A stretch of DNA of 64,000 nt from Saccostrea cucullata (lineage: Eukaryota): contig NW_026938156.1 in the NCBI RefSeq assembly GCF_032062105.1, positions 1 to 64,000 on the forward strand, read 5' to 3'. The position numbers and the translations under genes were made by a program. Shown here one piece after another: positions 38,740 through 50,996 of the stretch (positions within the stretch are counted from its first letter, which is position 1; each line of letters begins with the position of its first letter). Under the pieces are notes generated by a model. The model ran no database searches, had not been told where the DNA came from, and saw only the letters and a program-made list of their open reading frames with translations.

Positions 38740-40655
38740 TTCAATCAATATATGTTGCATTGAAAAGCATATTATTTACAATTTTCCTCTTGGAATTTTC
38801 ATTAAAGATTTCTTGGAAATCTTCCACACCAGCAACAGAATTCCTGATGGAAGGAAGCTTTCAATGATATCAACATCAACTGATGATATCAAATGGGTTT
38901 TGATTGCAGCTACGTTCTGGAAATGACTGAAATTTAGAATCAAATGTGTTGCTTATTTTTATCTGCTAAAAAGGTTTGCAGAATAATACAATATTGTGCG
39001 ATATAGATTCTCAGATATGTTGATATATCTAATTTAATAGCATAAATCTTATAGGTAAGGATAGTAAAATTTGTTTACACTGTAAATTAAGTTGTCCTAC
39101 TCTCGGGAGGTACGATACAGCATCAAAGGTGTGAGATAGCGGTTTTTCATAACATAAACTTTTATTGCTAAAACCGTTGCTTGACATTGGCAATATATAT
39201 TTATCCATTGTTATGTATTTAGAAAACAGAATTAAAACAAAATATTTTGTATGAAAAATTGAAACTTACCTCTTCCTTGCAGAATCCTCCATTTTAGTAT
39301 TTGGTTGTCCAAAATTTTTCAATTACAATAAGCCCAATCTTAAGCGCATGTTCAGTACCTTATTTACATATCTTTATGGTGTAACTCAGAAATGTTCCCT
39401 CCTAAATTCGTCGTTCAAGATGTACCAACATCACTAGCACCTGATAACAAAGGTTCAGTTTTTTTTTAAATAATCAAGCAAAATAAAATTATCCCATCTA
39501 TTCTTAAAATAATTGGAATATGTACAAGGTTTGGGTTGACAAATTGATGAACTACTTCTATACGATGATGGTTAATCACATACAACTTAAGAAACTGATA
39601 AAATAATTGTGTCTCTTCTTAGTGATTTCTCAGGGATGGAGCTTGGGAAACCTGTTTTTGATCTTGAGGATTTCCAAATTGTAGAACCTAGCAACCGTCT
39701 CCTTACTGAGGCCATGAATAGGGTGTGTTTCCAAACTGGCTAAGATGGTGATAGTGGTGTTGGAGACGGTGGTGACCTAACACCACTATCTCGAGATGAG
39801 GTTATTGATACTTTTTCACAGGTGTTCTGTGTTTTTTGTGATTCTCCCTCTGTGAAACTTTTGGGAGGATGGCTTTTTTACCTATGTTTAAAAAACAAAA
39901 ATCAATCTTTATGTAAGTATAAAATCACTGTGTAACATATAGTAGTTTAACTTGATAATAAATAAAATACCCCTTATTGGCCTAGATCAAATAACAATAA
40001 TTTCCTTCTTCATCGCTCTCAATATCTGTCCCACTTTCTGACTCGCTTATCAATCTTGCTGGTAGCTTTCTTTTCCTCGAGTCCTCCTCACTTTCTTGAT
40101 TGGATGTTTCCTCTGCTCTTTTCAGTTTTTTTTTCTGGCTGTTTCATAGTCTTCATAATTTGTTAAATAATTTAAAAATAATTATACATTTATAACATAC
40201 ATTATTGTCTTGAGCTTGTCATCTCGTGCAATTAAAATCCTTACCTTTTCCAATTCTTCTAAATCAGATTTTTTTCCAGTTTTTCCTGTCAGGCAATGAC
40301 ATTTTTTGAATTTTTCTTTTGGCATGCGAACATGGCCAATACCATTATTGCTTCAAAGAAATGGAGAAGCCATTTTAAAACATGTCAAAATAAATAAAAT
40401 GGATAAATCTGGATAAAAAGACATAAATTATTATAAAAATTATCCGATTACTGAAAAATTATTTCTCTAGCTTTTAACATGTTTAACCCAATAAAGAGCA
40501 ACATTCATATAATATGATAAATAAAATATTTTTTCAATCACCTTTCAATCACGAAAAAAGGTCAATGTTTTCAAAGTTATTTTTTTACCTACCCCTTCAA
40601 GCCATGAATTGGGGACGCATTACACACTTTCATCATCCACAAAATGTACAACTGC
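38740..40655 (-). pseudogene. Decayed multi-exon accessory gene of the type associated with CMC/EnSpm transposons (DUF4806-protein-like N-terminus)
   Basis: Successive short segments read VVHFVDDESV*CVPNSWLEG / YWPCSHAKRKIQKMSLPDRKNWK / YEDYETARKK(fs)LKRAEETSNQESEEDSRKRKLPARL, several bounded by AG/GT; stops and frameshifts present. Confidence 0.55.
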
Positions 40656-40744
40656 AGATATAAGATGGGCGTTTTAGTGTTATTGTATCTCCGATTTTAA
40701 TTCAAATCGGAGATACAATAAAACTAAACGCCCATCTTATATCT
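40656..40744. repeat. Near-perfect 89-bp palindrome (mini-MITE-like)
   Basis: AGATATAAGATGGGCGTTTTAGTGTTATTGTATCTCCGATTT / AAATCGGAGATACAATAAAACTAAACGCCCATCTTATATCT. Confidence 0.85.
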
Positions 40745-41869
40745 TTATACTCTTTACTTCGCGATTCTAGAGCAGACGCTCTAACCACTGCGCCACGCGG
40801 GCGACACAAGATATGAATTTGCATGGATATCAAAATATAAATATGTTTAATATCTACAGAAATAGGTACATGAGTAACTCAGGTAACTTGCATAATTGGG
40901 AACTAATTTTTCAAGAAATGTAAAAAAAATCATATTGAACAGAAATTATTTGGAACAACTTGAAAATTTTGAATAATTAACATAACATTCAAATTTTTTT
41001 AAAGAAGGAACTTAATTCCGAAAAAAAAAATGATTTTAAAAGAAAACGTATTGGTTAATAAAAAGACTTATATAGATAATGAACATGAAGATGTATTTGA
41101 GCTATATTGAAGTAAATTAGCAGAACAAGTTTAAAACAGACAAGCTAATTCAGAGAATTCGTGTCCCCCGCTTAGGGAAAAAATCGGATCCCCCTGACTG
41201 AATTTGTAGAATTATTAAATGTATACATGTATACTGAAGCAAATAAAATACATGTATGTCAATATGCATAAAAAGATTTGATTGCTTATTCTTTATTATG
41301 TGTATAGAAGATTCTTTTTTATATGGAATATTTATCACACTGTAATGATGATTTTATAACCTCATAAATTTTTCATTTCACATGTTGAATACTATCATTT
41401 AGTAAAAAAAAAAAAAAAAGAAAAGTATTAAAAAAAAAGAAAGGATTCGATTCGATTCCGGGACCTCTCACATTTGAAGCGAGTGACATAACCACTAGAC
41501 CACGGAATCGCTTTACTCGGAGAAAAGTATATGCAGAACTGAAGTCACATACATGTATATATTCATATTTTCATGTTCGGTATTCTCAAAATTTTACACA
41601 ATCCATGGTGTTTGATTTATTTAGCCTTTATTAAACAGTTCTAATAGATGTAATAAGAACATAAAGTCCGCCGAGAGCCTGTTTTATACGCAATAACTCT
41701 TCTCATGCCCCTGCGCTAAAAATAGCGACATGTAATACTATAAATACTAATAAAACAAACGGGGCGGGGCACTTTGAGAGGGGCGAGAGACGTCCTAGGG
41801 AGTTTTGGTATAAAATTACATTGCATAAGCTCAAAATCCTGTTGAAATATCGCCCGGAAATGATAGTGT

Positions 41870-42272
41870 TACACACAGACAGAATGTATAAATTTACGAC
41901 CTTGAACTTTGACCTTTTGACCTCAAAATCAATAGGGGTCTTCATTAGGCCACAGGGAGTTGTTATGTAAGATTTCATTGCAATAGCTCAAATGGTTCTA
42001 GAGATATCGTGTGGAAACGAAAGTGTTTTAACAGACAGAATTTGCTTATTTATGACCTTGACCTTTGACCTTTTGACCTCAAAATCAATAGGGGTCTTCT
42101 TTAGTCCATAGGGAATTGCTATGCTAAATTTCATTGCAAAAGCTCAAACGGTTCTCGAGATATCGTGTGGAAACGAAAGCGTTACAGACAGACAGAAAGA
42201 CGGACGGACAGACGGACGGACGGACGGACAAACCCAAATTAATATCCCCCACTTTTCAAGCGGGGGACAAAA
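41870..42272 (-). mobile_element. HINE fragment
   Basis: (GACA/GACG)n microsatellite next to the TCCCCCACTTTTCAAGCGGGGGACAAAA hairpin; repeated TTTGACCTTTTGACCTCAAAATCAATAGGGGTC units. Confidence 0.75.
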
Positions 42273-44193
42273 ATACAAATTAGGACTTTCCTTTTCGGAG
42301 CCTCTTTCTTTGTCTTGTACACCTGTCACTTTGATTAATTAACCTAGACAGATAAATTACGAAGTTTTATCATGTTTACTTGAAAACTCTTCGAGAAATA
42401 ACATTTAAAGTGATATCGTTCTCTAACACCCGGAGCAATCTGCAACGTCAAAAAATACAAATGTCAACGGGTCAAATTTTTGGCGAAAATATTTCAATTA
42501 CCAGAATCAAATTCTTAAATAAAACGAAACGGTTATAGTTATAAATGTGAAATATCTTTATTACGGTGATATGATAAAACTTTAAAATATGTAAACAAAG
42601 TATATGCATGTACAAGTATGAAATAATAATAATTTGAAAACGCTATATTTATGCGGACTTTTCGTCTGTTTCCTCTAATGGAGTTGCACAATGGAACTCT
42701 TGCCCATTTCTTAGCCCTGTCTTAATTTTAGTTACTGTTATTCACATATACATAGAGAAACCGTTTTTGTCATTTTAAATACTAAGGACGAGAAAAAGTT
42801 TCCTACTCTACCAAACATTGATGACTGGTACATTTCTGTAAGAGTGAATTCAGGATCAAAATACTTGATCATAGTCCAGTGCGCCGCCTGTGCCAACGAA
42901 GCCGCCATTTTGCAAAAAGTCCGATTTCAACCTCATGTATATAAAACGTTATAAAATTCGTATTTATCATAGCATAAACTCCAAATTTTGAGGAAATCTA
43001 GTTAATAAAACATCATAAAGAATTATCATTTCCTTTAAAAAAATACGGGGCAGTAATTACTTTTCCGTAGGATTTTAAATATAATATGCCAAGTTTTATT
43101 TGCAACTTTTGAGCATTGCGCCACCTTCCTACACTAGACAATGACATGTGTCTTTTAAATTGGAATAATCTGTGTAGTTTCTCCATATTAGTCCATAAAT
43201 TTATTAGATAGTATTGATTTAATCTATATACGAAGTTTCATTAATGTATGACGTAGGGTTCCTACAAAGCAACGCTTGTCTACGGAATTTTGGGACAACC
43301 CTCGTAGTTTGGTAACAGTCAAAAGCGTCTATAAGTAGCATCTATAAATCGTTTCCATTCCAAGGGACGCATAGTTGGACATCATTTCGTTCTCTACATA
43401 TAATGAACAAAATAGTAAACTTTGGTAAAAGTACGGTGTTGATATGAATTTCCTTACTGTCACATTTGTTTGAGAGAAAACAATACACTTGCTTTTTTTA
43501 GTTGTGTAATGAGCTCTTTGAAATTTTGTACGGCTGACTGCCTGAGACAAAAGAACTAATTGTAAACTTAACAAAAAAAATTATTCAAGAAAATAAACAA
43601 AAAAATAAGGATAATATTCACTTTCACACCACACTCAAACTAAAAATAATATGAAACAGTAATAAATTATACAATTATCTGATACAATGAAAATTACTTT
43701 GAATCAACAGTCTTTTTGTTCAATTCGCGTATCAGATACAATGTACAAAGATTTACAAATATCTGTTTTTTATTAGAAATCAGGAAAAGTTCACTTAAAT
43801 CAATTATCTGTAAAATAATTTTTAGAAATTCCTTTCTCAAATTTTATTCACTATATTCACTTATCACAATACTACTCACACTGAGGGACTCCCGCAACCA
43901 CATTCTGATCCTCCCCGATAAACTCACATGCGGACAATCGACAAAAGATGATTCACCACGGTAGTTGGAGGCCCGGACTCGCTGGTCTCACCCTCCGGCT
44001 TGAAAAGAACGTCCTAGGTCCTTAAACATTGTACACCCTCAGCACCCGCATGACCATCCATACTGTCACTTCACACCACGTATAGTTCTCTTATAGGTAT
44101 TCGTCGAGGAATTAAACCAAACGCTCCTCATAACTTACTAGGCACTGAAAATAGCATACTTTTAACTATTCCTTAAATAAGTTGACACATAGA

Positions 44194-44238
44194 TGGATTG
44201 ATTGATTGTATATTGTTTAACGTCCCTCTCGAGAATTT
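44194..44238 (-). mobile_element. Severely 5'-truncated SINE tail with 12-bp TSD
   Basis: TTGACACATAGA at 44182-44193 and 44239-44250 flanks (GATT)n plus the tail of the 24250 SINE. Confidence 0.8.
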
Positions 44239-44393
44239 TTGACACATAGAAAAACGAAACAAAAGAGCATACTTTCAATATTGAAAACTGATGTCTCCTA
44301 AGCACACCCTAATGACATAATGGTGTATACATAAATGACTCCTGAGGTGGAGTCAAGGTGTGCCCTGGTGATGGGGTAAAAAGCTCTTGCGAG

Positions 44394-47300
44394 ACCAGGG
44401 TAGATGTAAGTAATGCTGGTTATACATCAGGGTAGATGTAAGTGTTGCTGGTTATACACCAGGGTAGATGTAAGTGTTGCTGGTTATACATCAGGGTAGA
44501 TGTAAGTGTTGCTGGTTATACACCAGGGTAGATGTAAGTGTTGCTGGTTATACATCAGGGTAGATGTAAGTGTTGCTGGTTATACATCAGGGTAGATGTA
44601 AGTGATGCTAGTTATACACCAGGGTAGATGTAAGTGATGCTGGTTATACACCAGGGTAGATGTAAGTTATGCTGGTTATACATCAGGGTAGATGTAAGTA
44701 ATGCTGGTTATACACCAGGGTAGATGTAAGTGTTGCTGGTTATACACCAGGGTAGATGTAAGTGTTGCTGGTTATACATCAGGGTAGATGTAAGTGTTGC
44801 TGGTTATACACCAGGGTAGATGTAAGTGATGCTGGTTATACACCAGGGTAGATGTAAGTGTTGCTGGTTATACACCAGGGTAGATGTAAGTGTTGCTGGT
44901 TATACACCAGGGTAGATGTAAGTGTTGCTGGTTATACACCAGGGTAGATGTAAGTGTTGCTGGTTATACACTAGGGTAGATGTAAGTGTTGCTGGTTATA
45001 CACCAGGGTAGATGTAAGTGATGCTGGTTATACACCAGGGTAGATGTAAGTGTTGCTGGTTATACACCAGGGTAGATGTAAGTGTTGCTGGTTATACACC
45101 AGGGTAGATGTAAGTGTTGCTGGTTATACACCAGGGTAGATGTAAGTGTTGCTGGTTATACATCAGGGTAGATGTAAGTGATGCTGGTTATACACCAGGG
45201 TAGATGTAAGTGTTGCTGGTTATACATCAGGGTAGATGTAAGTGTTGCTGGTTATACACCAGGGTAGATGTAAGTGTTGCTGGTTATACACCAGGGTAGA
45301 TGTAAGTGTTGCTGGTTATACATCAGGGTAGATGTACGTGTTGCTGGTTATACATCAGGGTAGATGTAAGTGATGCTGGTTATACACCAGGGTAGATGTA
45401 AGTAATGTTGGTTATACACCAGGGTAGATGTAAGTGTTGCTGGTTATACATCAGGGTAGATGTAAGTGTTGCTGGTTATACACCAGGGTAGATGTAAGTA
45501 ATGCTGGTTATACATCAGGGTAGATGTAAGTGTTGCTGGTTATACACCAGGGTAGATGTAAGTGTTGCTGGTTATACATCAGGGTAGATGTAAGTGTTGC
45601 TGGTTATACATCAGGGTAGATGTAAGTGTTGCTGGTTATACACCAGGGTAGATGTAAGTGTTGCTGGTTATACACCAGGGTAGATGTAAGTGTTGCTGGT
45701 TATACATCAGGGTAGATGTAAGTGTTGCTGGTTATACACCAGGGTAGATGTAAGTAATGCTGGTTATACACCAGGGTAGATGTAAGTGATGCTAGTTATA
45801 CATCAGGGTAGATGTAAGTGATGCTAGTTATACACCAGGGTAGATGTAAGTGATGCTGGTTATACACCAGGGTAGATGTAAGTGTTGCTGGTTATACACC
45901 AGGGTAGATGTAAGTGTTGCTGGTTATACACCAGGGTAGATGTAAGTGTTGCTGGTTATACACCAGGGTAGATGTAAGTGTTGCTGGTTATACATCAGGG
46001 TAGATGTAAGTGTTGCTGGTTATACACCAGGGTAGATGTAAGTGTTGCTGGTTATACATCAGGGTAGATGTAAGTGTTGCTGGTTATACATCAGGGTAGA
46101 TGTAAGTGATGCTGGTTATACACCAGGGTAGATGTAAGTGTTGCTGGTTATACATCAGGGTAGATGTAAGTGTTGCTGGTTATACACCAGGGTAGATGTA
46201 AGTGTTGCTGGTTATACACCAGGGTAGATGTAAGTGTTGCTGGTTATACATCAGGGAAGATGTACGTGTTGCTGGTTATACATCAGGGTAGATGTAAGTG
46301 ATGCTGGTTATACACCAGGGTAGATGTAAGTAATGCTGGTTATACACCAGGGTAGATGTAAGTGTTGCTGGTTATACATCAGGGTAGATGTAAGTGTTGC
46401 TGGTTATACACCAGGGTAGATGTAAGTAATGCTGGTTATACATCAGGGTAGATGTAAGTAATGCTGGTTATACACCAGGGTAGATGTAAGTGTTGCTGGT
46501 TATACACCAGGGTAGATGTAAGTGTTGCTGGTTATACATCAGGGTAGATGTAAGTGTTGCTGGTTATACACCAGGGTAGATGTAAGTGATGCTGGTTTTA
46601 CACCAGGGTAGATGTAAGTGTTGCTGGTTATACACCAGGGTAGATGTAAGTGTTGCTGGTTATACACCAGGGTAGATGTAAGTGTTGCTGGTTATACACC
46701 AGGGTAGATGTAAGTGTTGCTGGTTATACACTAGGGTAGATGTAAGTGTTGCTGGTTATACACCAGGGTAGATGTAAGTGATGCTGGTTATACACCAGGG
46801 TAGATGTAAGTGTTGCTGGTTATACACCAGGGTAGATGTAAGTGTTGCTGGTTATACACCAGGGTAGATGTAAGTGTTGCTGGTTATACACCAGGGTAGA
46901 TGTAAGTGTTGCTGGTTATACATCAGGGTAGATGTAAGTGATGCTGGTTATACACCAGGGTAGATGTAAGTGTTGCTGGTTATACATCAGGGTAGATGTA
47001 AGTGTTGCTGGTTATACACCAGGGTAGATGTAAGTGTTGCTGGTTATACACCAGGGTAGATGTAAGTGTTGCTGGTTATACATCAGGGTAGATGTACGTG
47101 TTGCTGGTTATACATCAGGGTAGATGTAAGTGATGCTGGTTATACACCAGGGTAGATGTAAGTAATGTTGGTTATACACCAGGGTAGATGTAAGTGTTGC
47201 TGGTTATACATCAGGGTAGATGTAAGTGTTGCTGGTTATACACCAGGGTAGATGTAAGTAATGCTGGTTATACATCAGGGTAGATGTAAGTGTTGCTGGT

Positions 47301-48247
47301 TATACACCAGGGTAGATGTAAGTGTTGCTGGTTATACATCAGGGTAGATGTAAGTGTTGCTGGTTATACATCAGGGTAGATGTAAGTGTTGCTGGTTATA
47401 CACCAGGGTAGATGTAAGTGTTGCTGGTTATACACCAGGGTAGATGTAAGTGTTGCTGGTTATACATCAGGGTAGATGTAAGTGTTGCTGGTTATACACC
47501 AGGGTAGATGTAAGTAATGCTGGTTATACACCAGGGTAGATGTAAGTGATGCTAGTTATACATCAGGGTAGATGTAAGTGATGCTAGTTATACACCAGGG
47601 TAGATGTAAGTGATGCTGGTTATACACCAGGGTAGATGTAAGTGTTGCTGGTTATACACCAGGGTAGATGTAAGTGTTGCTGGTTATACACCAGGGTAGA
47701 TGTAAGTGTTGCTGGTTATACACCAGGGTAGATGTAAGTGTTGCTGGTTATACATCAGGGTAGATGTAAGTGTTGCTGGTTATACACCAGGGTAGATGTA
47801 AGTGTTGCTGGTTATACATCAGGGTAGATGTAAGTGTTGCTGGTTATACATCAGGGTAGATGTAAGTGATGCTGGTTATACACCAGGGTAGATGTAAGTG
47901 TTGCTGGTTATACATCAGGGTAGATGTAAGTGTTGCTGGTTATACACCAGGGTAGATGTAAGTGTTGCTGGTTATACACCAGGGTAGATGTAAGTGTTGC
48001 TGGTTATACATCAGGGAAGATGTACGTGTTGCTGGTTATACATCAGGGTAGATGTAAGTGATGCTGGTTATACACCAGGGTAGATGCAAGTAATGCTGGT
48101 TATACACCAGGGTAGATGTAAGTGTTGCTGGTTATACATCAGGGTAGATGTAAGTGTTGCTGGTTATACACCAGGGTAGATGTAAGTAATGCTGGTTATA
48201 CATCAGGGTAGATGTAAGTGATGCTGGTTATACACTAGGGTGGATGT
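44394..48247 (+). repeat. Tandem array of a 32-bp unit, 120 copies plus 14 bp
   Basis: Consensus ACCAGGGTAGATGTAAGTGTTGCTGGTTATAC; phase is kept from 44394 to 48234 (3840 = 120 x 32); only substitution variants seen. Confidence 0.98.
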
Positions 48248-48899
48248 AGCTCTTTTGCTGTTGCGCTTTTCCAACGCCTCGTATCTATCAGGGTTTTCCT
48301 GTCTGCAACAAAAGAACGAACCATAAAATATCTAAAACGAGTATACTAAAAGAATACCAAGACTTTATGTTTGAATACTAAAAGAATACCAAGACTTTAA
48401 GTTTTCAGGAAATAAAGGCTTTAATTCTATGTTTAAGGAGGGTCTATCTTTAAATAAGAAAAAAAGTGTTTTAAGACTTTAAACTTAACGTAGAACCTAC
48501 GTCGTATGACATCATAACTAGTGAATGTGTTTAGCCTGTTCTAGATCCATTATGACGTCATAATTAATTCAATGTCATTTCCCGTACTTTACAGCTTCAG
48601 TATAGAAATGATAGAAAATACTGCATTTTGAAATTCACAGAATTCAATTTAAAATCATGCCGAAATAATCTTCATAATATTCAATTTATATATATTTTTT
48701 TAATATAATGCTTAATGACAATATATTTCTTGAATTAGAGAAACCTGTAGGCACTTTTCATTTAACAGATCTTGACCTTAATTAAGTTGACAAATCCAAG
48801 ACTATATTGTGAGATAAAATTGCCATGTACATGTATACAACAAACTGTAATAATGTAAATGGTATGTAACTATATTTTGAAGGAATGCAAAAATCTTTT

Positions 48900-49109
48900 C
48901 AAAAAATCGTCAGTTGCCAACTAACTGTTATGATTACCAAATACAATCCATATATCAAGGGTTTAAAAAAACGTCTACTCAAACACTGGAACATTTTGCA
49001 AACAGACACAATTTGCAAAGAGTTATTTATCGATGAACCAATAATCGCCTACAGTAAACACAAAAACATAGGCGAAATGATAATTAAGTCACGCTTACAA
49101 ATAGCTTAA
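48900..49109 (+). pseudogene. 3' fragment of a second, divergent Penelope-like RT
   Basis: VMITKYNPYIKGLKKRLLKHWNILQTDTICKELFIDEPIIAYSKHKNIGEMIIKSRLQIA* aligns without gaps to the C-terminus of 50997-52928. Confidence 0.9.
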
Positions 49110-49126
49110 GACTAATACTCAAGGTC

Positions 49127-49254
49127 GGGCTCCTGATGATGGCGGGCCTTAAGAGCAAAAAATCATATTTCTCTTTAAAAACCGCCGAAACACTCTATGC
49201 CTCCATAATAACACTTTATTGAAAAAATCATACGTCGTCTAGAGTGTCGATCCC
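49127..49254 (+). ncRNA. Type I hammerhead ribozyme-like motif, copy 1
   Basis: Stem I GGGCTC/GATCCC; core CTGATGA 49133-49139 plus an extra T; stem II GGCGG/CCGCC; GAAA 49187-49190; stem III CACTCTA/TAGAGTG; GTC cleavage triplet ending at 49248. Confidence 0.8.
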
Positions 49255-49513
49255 TGCTAAATTTATGACAGGCTTGGTTGATTGATGTCTTTTTTCAAAA
49301 TCAGGAGACCCATCGCCAGACCCAAGGAAAACCCCAATAGGACTATAAGTATAACCAGCAACGCAGGAACTATACAATCTATAAGGGTCATCGATATCAA
49401 ACCCAAAGAAGCAGGCCATACTAATTAGTAAATTTTATGCGACTACAGGAAGGAAGTTGTTGATTAAATTAGTGAGAATGTTTAATGTACACTCAATGAG
49501 CATACAATGTATA

Positions 49514-50686
49514 CTGAAAGGAAAAAGAAACGCATAATAGCATTATAGCGAAAAATATTTAACTATGTGGCCGAAAATTAAGAAAATTGGTCAGATGTGT
49601 AATTTGGCTACTGTGCACCAAAATCGCTGATCAAAATTACTCAACCATGAAATGTATGGCGTCACGTATGGGAAGTGATAAAAAGCCAAATACACGTGCA
49701 TGTTGATGATGATATTTTTGTGATCCCATTTTGTAGTGGCAATCGATGCATTAGAGTTACAGACATCGTTTTCCGATATTTGCAGTCAGTATAAATTTCT
49801 TGCAATCATGGTATAGCTGACAGAAGTTACATGGGGTCTAGTAATTGAGTTCCATAAGTGAATAAAAAGGCAACAACATGTTGCTGTGCAGTTTGTTTTT
49901 AAATTTTCAACCAAAAAAGTTTTTTCAATTGTCAGAGAGTAACTTAAAAGGTTTCCAACCAACCATGACGGTGACGTTGGCGCGTAACAACGTCAAATCA
50001 AGATAGGGCTTTTCATCATGCTACCTCGGTTATTGTCAAGTCATTATCACTGACACCGATATTTTTACAGCTGACAGTCAGTCTCATATTTTCACCCTAA
50101 TACTGACAGAAACTCTCTGCTCTAATTTGGTACGCAAGCTTGGCAACTTTACGTCGATTTTACTCTCACACGCGCACGTACGCGCAATATGCGTAATGTT
50201 TTTAGCATGTTCACGCTGAGAAAATGTAGCCAGTGTTTGTCGAGACTTAATTACAAACATGCACGTGTACTAAATCAGCTAGATTCTGTAAATTCTATCC
50301 TAAATCGAAGGTTTGTGACATTCATTGGGCGGGGGGATTTGTTAGCTTTGCAATAACACAGCTACTCTCAACCATTAAGACTATCGTCGGAAGGCTTGAA
50401 TGATAATTCTATGAGAAAGATAAATGCTCTGATGAACTCAATGCACAAGAAAATCAAGGCTGTTACTGATGCGCAAAGGAGATGATGAGAATTTTTATTT
50501 TAATTTGGGGGTATCGACATATCAATTTCAATAACTCAGGAATTATCAGTCAAAGTCACACAAGATTTCGGTTACTTGTTGTTTAAAGTTGGATTAAATT
50601 GTTTGATAACAATACTGGAAAATATATTGGAAATAAAAGTTTTAAATTTATTCAAAAGTTTATTATGCGTTTCTTTTTCCTTTCAG
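49514..50686. mobile_element. TA-flanked non-autonomous TIR element (same family as 9950-12469)
   Basis: TA|CTGAAAGGAAAAAGAAACGCATAATA ... TATTATGCGTTTCTTTTTCCTTTCAG|TA; perfect 26-bp TIR. Confidence 0.92.
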
Positions 50687-50996
50687 TATATTTAACAGTA
50701 CATATGGATATTTTCTTTATTGTTGATGTTTCTAAAATTGTTCATATTTGATATCATTTTCTAAGGCGTGACATAGATCACGTGATACTAATAAATTTAT
50801 ATAACCTATGAAGTTCTATCCGCGCATTAGATTACTACAAAACCCTCTAACTTATCACACTCTGATAACTAGACGGGCCATTGCAGCTAAACTTTTATAA
50901 TCTCTATTACAACGTCAACACGTGTAATAGACGATATTCATTTATTAATTGTAGTCTCAATAATCTACAAACTCAGTATCCATTTCCTCTATTAGA

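Noticed and set aside
44394-48247. CRISPR array or telomeric repeat
   Set aside because: Units are contiguous with no unique spacers, there are no cas genes and the context is eukaryotic; the unit is not TTAGGG-like and the array is interstitial.
44394-48247. Repeat-protein coding sequence
   Set aside because: 32 is not a multiple of 3 and each strand contains TAA/TAG, so every frame stops within three units.
50770-50930. Promoter for the RT (TCACGTGA E-box, TATATAA)
   Set aside because: Short motifs expected by chance in AT-rich DNA; no transcript evidence.
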